Of a stretch of DNA of 64,000 nucleotides, positions 27,421 through 36,900 are shown in pieces (the stretch's first letter is position 1; the number at the start of each line of letters is the position of its first letter). The DNA comes from Deltaproteobacteria bacterium. Its GTDB lineage: Bacteria > Bdellovibrionota > FAC87 > UBA2466. The notes under the pieces are model-generated. The model saw nothing but the letters and a program-made list of their open reading frames with translations. It was not told the DNA's origin and did not search any database. The position numbers and the translations under genes are program-made. The DNA is taken from NCBI GenBank assembly GCA_016196825.1, contig JACPWY010000055.1, positions 70-64,069 of the forward strand, written 5' to 3'.

Positions 27421-27885
27421 ATGGACAAGAAAACGCCGCCTGAGAGCGAAGTTCAGATAGTTGATCTGCAGCGCTACCGGAAAAACAAGAACGAAGAGCG
27501 ACGACGGGAGTACGAACGCGTGCTCTTCAATCGAATCTTAGGGGTGTATAGCTTCGCGGAGAAAAACTCCCTCAACCATATTGAGGTCATCGATATTAGT
27601 TACTCCGGTCTCAAGTTCCGGGAGGAGAATCCCGAGCGCCCGTTAAAGGCGGAAGAGAAGGTGGCCTTGCGCTTTTATTTCACTCCAAGCTCCTACCTCA
27701 AGGTGATCGTCGATGTGAAACGCGCCATCCCATTCAAAGATGACGATCGCGAGGGGATGGAATACGGCTGCCAACTCGATAAGTCCACAAAGTCCTACGA
27801 AGTCATTCGGGAGCTGATCGCCTTCATGTATAAGTACTCAGAAACAGCGTGTCAGGACACCAACCCGCCCATGATCTGGTTCTAA
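27421..27885 (+). CDS. stand-alone PilZ-domain protein (putative c-di-GMP receptor)
   Basis: RxxxR element (RREYER) followed ~25 aa later by the DxSxxG element (DISYSG). Size is 154 aa. No SD is visible. Confidence 0.75.
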   Translation: MDKKTPPESEVQIVDLQRYRKNKNEERRREYERVLFNRILGVYSFAEKNSLNHIEVIDISYSGLKFREENPERPLKAEEKVALRFYFTPSSYLKVIVDVKRAIPFKDDDREGMEYGCQLDKSTKSYEVIRELIAFMYKYSETACQDTNPPMIWF

Positions 27886-27930
27886 TCCCTCAGCTCAATT
27901 CCGTTACTGCACTGTCCGATAAGAAGGGGA

Positions 27931-30900
27931 ATGTGTGTCTCGGGGAAAAATGTGCGTATTGGGCTGGTTTTGGTGGTTCTTGCCGCCCTGGCCAGCTGCC
28001 GATTCAACATGTCCGACCGATCTCCTTCGGGCGTCAGCTCGGTCACGAGTCCGGCCACCCCCTCCTCAACGACGGCGACCACCGCTGGAGGCGACACCTC
28101 CCTCACCTCGGTAACCGCCGGACCAGCCGTCAAACTGGCGGTCAATGGGCTTCCACCCTTTCAGGCGGGTGTTTGTGCTGGCCCCTTTACGATCACCGCA
28201 ATCGACGCCCACGGGAACGTCGCGACCCCTTCCAACAACACCGAGCTTTTCAAGCTCGAGGGCACCCCGCCCAACGCCATTTTTATTGATGTCAATTGCA
28301 CGGAGCTCGCCCCTGAAGGATCCGTTGTATCGGACTCTTCCGGCACCCGCGCTCTATTCTATGTGAACGGCACTCAAGCCTACTCCAAGGTGATCGCCGT
28401 CAACGGCGCCGGCGTGACGGGAACGTTTGGGATTCAAATCCTCAGTGGCACCCCCACCCGCCTTGAAGTGACTGCGCCAGCCGCCGTGTCGGCAGGCGAT
28501 TGCTTCGCAGGCGCCCTTTCACTCGTTGACAAAAATGGGAACGTCGCCACCGCCACAAAACGATTTTCCGCAGGCGTGCTCATTCATGGGCTTTCCAACG
28601 CCGGAGTTTTTTCTGATCCGCAGTGCTCCCAGCCGCTCGCCACGTTGGATTTCTCGGTGGGGACCTCCTCCCAGCCGTTTCATTTTCTCACACAGTCACC
28701 CGGCACCGGTTCCCTGGCCGCGCAAGCTCCGTCGGGACTGGAAGGAGGAAGCGCCAACCTCACCGTCTTCGTGGAAAATTCACCGCAGCTAGGCCTCATC
28801 CCTCCCCCGGGCCAGATGGTGGCCGGGCTATGTTCGGCATTTCGAATCGTTTCACTCGACACCGCCGGAAACACTCTGGTGACCCACAACGGCCTCCCCG
28901 TCACAGTGAGTTCCAAAACGAGCCAGCTCGTTCTCTTCTCCGATGCGGCGTGTTCCACTCCTCTCAATCCCGCCACAGTGACGCTTGCCGCGGAATCATC
29001 GACCAATCAATTTTTTGCCCGCAGCGAGCTTGCCCACACGGGGCAGGTGGCGGTCAGCGCCAGTGGGTATCTCTCTGCGACCGTCGCCCCCATTGTCGCG
29101 CCGGCCCCCGCAGTCTCTCTGTCGCTCGATTCTCTGCCCGACTCACTCACCATGGGCGGATGCATGACAGCTGTTGTGCGTTCCAAAGATCCGTTTGGAA
29201 ACGTATCGACCGTCCCGGTCGGTGTGCCGATCCTGATTTCCGGCTCAGGCACTGCCGCGACGGGAACCAATTTCTACGCCGGCGGCTCCTGCACGACCTC
29301 CGCCACCAAACAATTCACACTCGGCAATGGGTCCTCCCTCGCAGCCTTTTCATTCTCGCCTGGGAGCCCAGGGGCACTCACCATCACGCTCACCCCGAGC
29401 GGTCTCACCGGAAGTGGTGGAGCCACATCCACATCCGGCACTACGACGATCGCCCCCTCCCCCACTGTGCGCCTCTCGCTGAGCTCTTCGACAAGCGCCA
29501 TCATTGCGGGCCTCTGCGCCAAAATGTCTCTCTCAACCATCGACGCAGCCGGGACGGTAACGATGGCCCCCATCGACACCTCGGTCACTCTCTCAAATGA
29601 TCAGAGTCTGCAACCACTCTTTTTCTCGGACGCGTCGTGCTCCTCGGCCACATCCAATCTGATCGTGAGATCGGGGACGTCTTCCGCCGATTTTTACATT
29701 CAAAGCACAAAGATCAATGCAATCGTTGTCTCGGCCCAAGGGACCGATTCCACTGGAAAAGCGATCTCGACCTCAAAGGGAGTCGCCATCGTTGCAGCTG
29801 CGCCCTCTACGTTAAGCATCGGCTCGCTCGGAAGCGCCCCATCAGGAAAACTGTGCCTCGGCCCTGTCGCGGTCGACACCCTCGATCAATTCCGCAATCC
29901 AGCGATCGTTCCGAAGACCACATCATTCGCGCTGGAATCAACGGGAGCCGTCGAATTGCAATTCTCATCAAACTCGACCTGCTCTGACTCCATTAGCTCC
30001 CTCACGATCCCGGCGGGAAAAGGTGAAGGTGTCTTTTACGCCAAGGCCCAATCGGGAGGGGCGGTCTCATTTTCTATTTTGGGGGGAGACCTCCAGGGCT
30101 CGGGCGGCACCACGCTCAGCGATCCCCCCGCGCTGCACCTTGTGCTGGCAGGACCCTCATCGGCCTCAGCCACCGTCGGCACCTGCGTGGCCTTTCAGGT
30201 CGGGAGTGTCGACCCCACAAACACTCCTAAGATCTTTGATCCTAATACGATCACGGTCGGGGTCACTCCCACGACAAATGCAGTGTTTTTCTCGGACAGC
30301 AGCTGTGCAACGGGGCTGCCAAACAATCAAGTGACCATCAGCCCGGCGCTCAACCCCGCGCCTTTCTACTTCAAGTTCACGACGGCCCAGTCAATGACCA
30401 TCTCGGCCAACGGATCACTGAATTCACAGGGGGCGGGAAGCCAGCTTACGCTCACGCCAGCCAACCCTTCCCAGATTGTCTTGTCACCGATGGGTGCGGG
30501 CACCTTTTCGGCCTCGACTTGCGCGGGTCCCTATTCGGCTGAGGCGCAGGATAGTTTCGGTAACTCATCACCTGTGCGCTCAACGCTGCCATTCACTTTT
30601 CAACCCACGGGCGTGTCGGCCAGCTTCTACTCCGATGCGGCGTGCTCGACTTCAGGAGCGGCCATCGCAGCAGGCAAAACGTCCGGCCTTTTCTATATGA
30701 AGGGAGCCGAACCAGGGTCGCTCACCGTCTCAGTGGGCGCAACGTCGCTGCATAGCTCCTGGCGGATCTTCACCGTCGCAGCCGATGGCGCAGTGAAGCT
30801 CACGTTGCTCGGGCAACCGGTGACTCAGGCCTCATTCGGGTCGGTGAGCCAGGGGCAGACATCATCCCTCATCTTCACTCTGACCAATAGTTCGACCAGG

Positions 30901-33900
30901 ACGGCGGCGAGTAAAATCGCGGTGACGGTGAGCAGCAGCTCCTTTTCCGCCGCGCTTTCAACCGCACCCGCCGGTTGCAGCACCCTCACCGATCTCAAGC
31001 TAGCGCCGGGCCAACAGTGTGGATTCGGGGTCCTCTTCACCGCCAACAGCCAGGGCGCTGCCTCGGGATCACTCGACTACACCTTTTCGATGGGAGGCGC
31101 TTCTCAATCACAGTCGGTCTCTCTTTCCGGAACTGGCACCACCCCGCTCGCTGCAGTCCTCACAGCGTCTGCGCAGTCGATCGACTTTGGCATGCTCATG
31201 GCCGGCCAAACGACCAAACAGCATGTGACAGTGACCAATTCCGGAACTAGGGACGCCTCACAGATATCGCTCAGTGGAGTATCTGCTCCCTTCTCGGCCA
31301 GTTTTGAAAGCGGGTGCGCAACTCTAGCCCCGGGATCCGCATGTGACCTCACCCTCGCCGCTGCCCCCTCCACCTCGGGCAGCGCACAACAGACGCTCGT
31401 GATCGACTACTCCGATGGAACGGATCACACACCCAACCCTTCGACGGTGAGCCTCAAAGAGACGTCGAACCTACCAGCGGTACTGCAGGTCTCGAACTCA
31501 TCGCTTTCATTTCCAGCCACGGTCGTAAAGGGAACCTCCGGTGCGCAGACGCTGACAGTTACCAACATGGGAAGTCTTCCGGCCACGGAAGTCAGCTATT
31601 CCCTCTCCGGCTCGGCCTTCTCACTCAACAGCTCGAGCTGCCCGGCCACCCTGGATGCGTTCACGAGCTGCGCACTTTCGATCACCTTTAACCCAACCGC
31701 GCTGGGTTCCTTTTCGGACGTCCTCTCCATCAGTTACACGAGCTACGCTCAAGCCAAGGCCACCACCGTGGCGATCGTTTCCGGGGATTCGACTTCGCCT
31801 CCCCACTTGATCTTTAACCCCGCGCTGGGGACATTCGCTCCCACCGCCATCAACAAGGCAGCACCATCGGTCAGTCTACTCCTTACAAACTCCGGTAATG
31901 GCGATGCCCAAGGGATCACGCTTGCAACCTCCGCCCCTTTCTCCGTGAACTCCACCGAGTGCAGCATGCTCAACGCCGGACAATCGTGTTTCGTTAAGGT
32001 CGGTTTCACTCCGACTGCCGCGGGGTCCTTCTCGAGCACGCTCACGGCCAACTGCTCTAATGCTACGCTTGGGTGCGCGGCCACCACCGCCTCCCTCACT
32101 GGCAGCACGTTGCCTCAATCCTCCCTCACCCTGAGCGCAACCCAGCTCTCCTTTGGCCTCTTAACGATCGGCCAGACGATGACCGAGACCATTACGCTCA
32201 GCAACAGTGGCGCCTTAGGAAATCCCGCGATCCAACTCTCGACGCCGCAGCTGGGAGGCTCCAATTCGGCAGCGGCTCTGGCTCTCACTCATAGTTGCGG
32301 CACCACCCTGGCGAGCGGATCAAGTTGCACGGTTTCCGTCACCTTTAGTCCAACGAACGCCGGAACCTTTGACAACACTCTCGATATCGTTTGGAGCTCC
32401 GGCAACGGCCTCACTACATCAACCGTTGGTCTTTCCGCGTCAGCCCTCTCCGCGGCAAACGTCACGCTCTCTCCGGCAACGTCCAATTTTCCTGACACAG
32501 TTGTCGGTAATACGTCACAAGCAATCGCAGTCACCGTCTCTAATGGCGGTCAGAGCAGCGCGAAGGACATTGTGATTTCAGGCCCAACCTCGGTGTTCAT
32601 CCGCTCCGCCGCCACCTGCCCGCCCGAACCTTTCGCGCTCGCTGCTGGTGCCAATTGCACCGTTAGCTACACCTTTACCCCACCCGGTATAGGAAAGACG
32701 ACCCACTCCTTCGGAGGCACCTTTGCTGGCACTTCCGGCGCAACGAGTATCGGAAACATTTCTTTCTCCGGCACCGGCATTGCAACCGCCTCACTTGTCG
32801 TTGATGAAACATCTCTGAACTTCCCTCCCACATCCGTTGGAAAAAGCTCACAAGCGAGTCTTGTTTTCACGAACACCGGAAATGGTCCCGCCTCCCAAAT
32901 CAATTTAGCCAACAATCTCGCAAGTCCCTACTTTCTTTCGGGCCCGCTTTGCTCGTCGCTCGCTGCTGGAGCCCAATGCACCGTCACCATCACCTTCACC
33001 CCGGTTGCGATTGGCACATTTCCGAGTAACGTTCAGGTGCAATACTCCGACGGATCCACCCTCCAGAAAACTTCGAGCATCTCCCTCACGGGGACAACCG
33101 GCGGAAAGGTGAACGCGACCCCCTCGACTGTGAGTTTCTCCAACGTTGTCGTCGGGCAGACCAATCATCAAGATGTAACGATCACTAACAATGGCGCGGT
33201 CAGCCTATCCTTTTTGGCGGCAGGCATCGATCCGAACAGCAGCCCTGGCTTCAGCGTCAATCCAGGTGCTTGTGGGACGCTGTCAGTTGGACAATCATGC
33301 GAAATCGTTTTTAGCTTAAGTCCCAACGCTGTCTCGAACTCACTCAGCGGTTCCTCAACCGTGCGATTTTCCGACAGCGTCGGAAACGTTGTAACCGCGC
33401 CCCCCATTGCACTTTCCGGCACCTCCGTGGGACTCGCCAAGCTCACGGTCGCTCCCCAATCGCTGACATTCAGCGACACTGTCATCGGAACACAGTCCGC
33501 CACCCAAACTCTCACGATCACCAATACCGGTGTCGGTCAGGCCACAAAGATCGCGCCAGCGCTTCCAGCCGATTTTCTCAACTCAGGGGGAAGCTGCGGG
33601 GCAAGTCCCTTCTCCCTCTCACCCAATGCCCAATGCACCATTTCTCTCATCTTCAAGCCAACAGCGGCTGAGGACCTTTCCCAGGCCATCACCGGGACTT
33701 ACTCTAACGGAGTTGCCGATGACATCTTCAGCTTTGACGTGAGGGGAAATGGCCAAACACCCGGCAATCTTATGCTCTCAGTGGCTAGCTTAGATTTCGG
33801 TTCGATTGCTCTGGGCACGACCTCGCCGTTAAGAAGTGTCACTGTCTCCAACACCGGAGGGTCGGCCGCGACCCAAATCACAATCCTCAATCTCTCCCCG

Positions 33901-36900
33901 CCCTTTAAAAACCCCTCTTCGAGTTGCGGCGCTCAACCCTTTGCCCTTGCGGCTGGATCGAGTTGTGAGCTCGACTACGCATTCAATCCGACCTCGGCAG
34001 GCAATTCCACGGAAAAACTCGCGGTAAACTATAGCAACGGAGTCGGGAGCGGAACTCAGCGCAGCCTCAATCTCTCAGGTACGGGGATGGGAGGCAGTTT
34101 CTCCGCCCTGCCCAACCCACTCAATTTCAACAACACGCTCCTCGGCCAGACCGGCAACCTTTCGGTTACCGTCACCAACACTGGAGCGACCAACCTGAAT
34201 TTCGCCGGCGCCGGAATCAATACTGGAAGCGGCGCCGGCTACAGCATCGCGAATGGCAACTGCGGATCGCTTTCTACCGGGGCCACCTGCTCACTGACCT
34301 ACTCCTTCACTCCCACGGCCATCTCTAGCTCCTTCAGCGGATCCTCCACGATCCAGTTCACCGATAACATGGACAACGCAGTGTCGCAGGTGTTGCCCCT
34401 TTCCGCATCGTCTTCGGGGGTCGGCCTTCTCTCCTCTTCGAAAGCATCATTGAGCTTCGGCGATGTCACCGTGGGCAGTTCATCGGCCGCGCAAACGTTC
34501 ACGGTTACCAATATCGGCTCGGGCCCGGCGACCCAAATCTCGTGGAGCGGCCCATCGCCCGATTTTGTGGTCAACTATGGTTCGTGTGGCTCCAATGCCT
34601 CTCTTGCGGCGGGGGCCCAATGCACCGTCAGCCTCTCGCTGAAGCCCGCAGCGCCGGGAACTTTCAATCAAACCCTCACGGTTGGCTATTCCGACGGACA
34701 AACAACAACCACGGCAAACATGGTGACCGTCTCGGGAAGAGGCCTCGGCCCCGCCAATTTGGCTCTTTCACCCTCATCTCTCGATTTCAGTGGCATTGCG
34801 GTCGGTGCCACTTCTCCCACGAAGTTGGTGACGATCACAAACAGCGGCTCGGCCACTGCTTCGAACATTCTTCTCAACCCCACTCTCTCAGGCAATAGTT
34901 TCACCAAGGTCAGCTCCACCTGCGGGAACGAGCCCTTCGTTCTCGCCGCGGGGACAAATTGCCAAATCAATCTCGCCTTTTCGCCGGCGGTCGCGGGATC
35001 GGCCTCGCAGATCTATAGCGTGAGCTATTCCGATAGCGTTTCTCAACAAAGTGGCAGCACTCTGACGTTGAACGGAACCGGAATCGAGGCGGCCGTCCTC
35101 ACCACAAATCTGTCGAATGTTGTTTTCCCCTACACCGCTCTCGGTCAATCCTCGAGCGCAACGGTTGTCCTGACCAACGCGGGCGGAACCGATGCCACGC
35201 AAATCGCCCTGTCACCTTCCACGCTTCCAGCCCATTTCAGTTATGGGAACAGCACCTGCGACAGCACTCTGTCACCCGGCGCGACCTGCAGTCTCACCCT
35301 CAACTTCATTCCCAAAGTGAGCGGCACCTTCACGGCGTCTCTGCAGATCACTTACAATAATGGCACCCCCACGACGCCAACTCCGCCCTCCATAAGCTTA
35401 ACGGGAACTACCGCCGGCGCGTATTCCCTCACGACGGCCTCACTCGACTTCGGAGCAGTCCCAGTCGGGTCGAGCAAGAATCTCTCCCTGACCGTGACAA
35501 ATATCGGGGCTCCAACAATTACCTCCTCAACCCCAACGATGGACACCGGCTCCGATGCCGCCTTTCGGTTGATCAACTCGACATGCTCGACGCTCGCATC
35601 CGGGCAAAACTGTTTAATCACATATTCATTTCAGCCCACGACTGCGATGACGAACGCCGGAGGCGCCTCCACGCTGGCCTTCACCAATCCCGACAATAGC
35701 CCGCTCCCTTCCACTCAGGTGAGAATGACTGCTTCAGCCCCCGGTGTCGCGAGAATCACCGCCTCTCCGTCTACTCTGGCCTTTGGCCCCATCGCGGTGA
35801 ATGGCTCCTCCAGCCCCCAAACGCTCACTCTCACCAATGCCGGCACGGGCCCAGCCACCCAGCTCGCCTGGAGCGGGGTAACGAACGACTTTTCTATTGC
35901 CTTTAGCACTTGTCCCAATGGCTCCGCGCTTTCAGTCGGCGCGCAGTGCACGATTTCTGTCACTTTTAGACCAACATCAGCCGCCACATTCTCCCAATCC
36001 CTGGCACTCAGCTATTTCGATGGCACGGCCAATAGCAATCTCATCGCCTCTACACTCACGGGGCAGGGAGTGGGTGCGGGAGTGATGGCCTTAAGTCCTC
36101 TGAGCCTTGATTTCGGAAGCGTACTGGTGGGACAGACGAAAGCGCTCAATTTTGCGATCACGAACACGGGTACTGGTCCCATCACCAATGTTCAATTTTC
36201 ATCACCCGTCGCTTTGCCCTTTGCGACGGGCTCGTTGTGTTCATCCATTCAGCCGGGTGCCAGTTGCCAACTGAGCACGGCCTTTCTTCCGTCTGCGGCC
36301 GGAACCTTTCAGGCCACGGGCCAGCTCAGTTATTACGACGGCGCCTCAGCCCAGCTCTCGCCGGCGTTCACGCTCTCAGGGCACACCGGACCAGCTTTTA
36401 GGTTCAGTCCGACATCACTCAGTTTTGGAAACGTTGCCTATGGGACAACCTCGACGGCGCAGGCCATCACGATCACCAACACCGGCGGCACTTCCATTAA
36501 GCTGAATACCATTCTCTTCGACGGACAAAACTCTCCTCAAAATGGGTTCAGACTAGTCACCAGCAATTGCGGCACAACCCTCTCCCCAAACGGGATCTGC
36601 ACACTCTCGGCCACTTTCACTCCGGCGGCGGCCAACTCGGGTTACTCCTCCGTCTGGACAATCAGCTTCGTTGATGCCGTGACAAGTAGTAATCCCATCT
36701 CCGGGTCAATCATTCTGAGCGGTTCAGGCACGTCACCAGGAGCACTCTCAGCCAACCCAGCCTCTTTCTCCTATGGTACGGTGTCGCTCGGTTCAACAGC
36801 CAACACCACGATAGTCATTTCAAACCCAGGTGGAACATCGACTCTGATCACGGGGGTCACGGCTCTGGCGAGCCCTTTCAGGGCAGTCAATCAATGCACT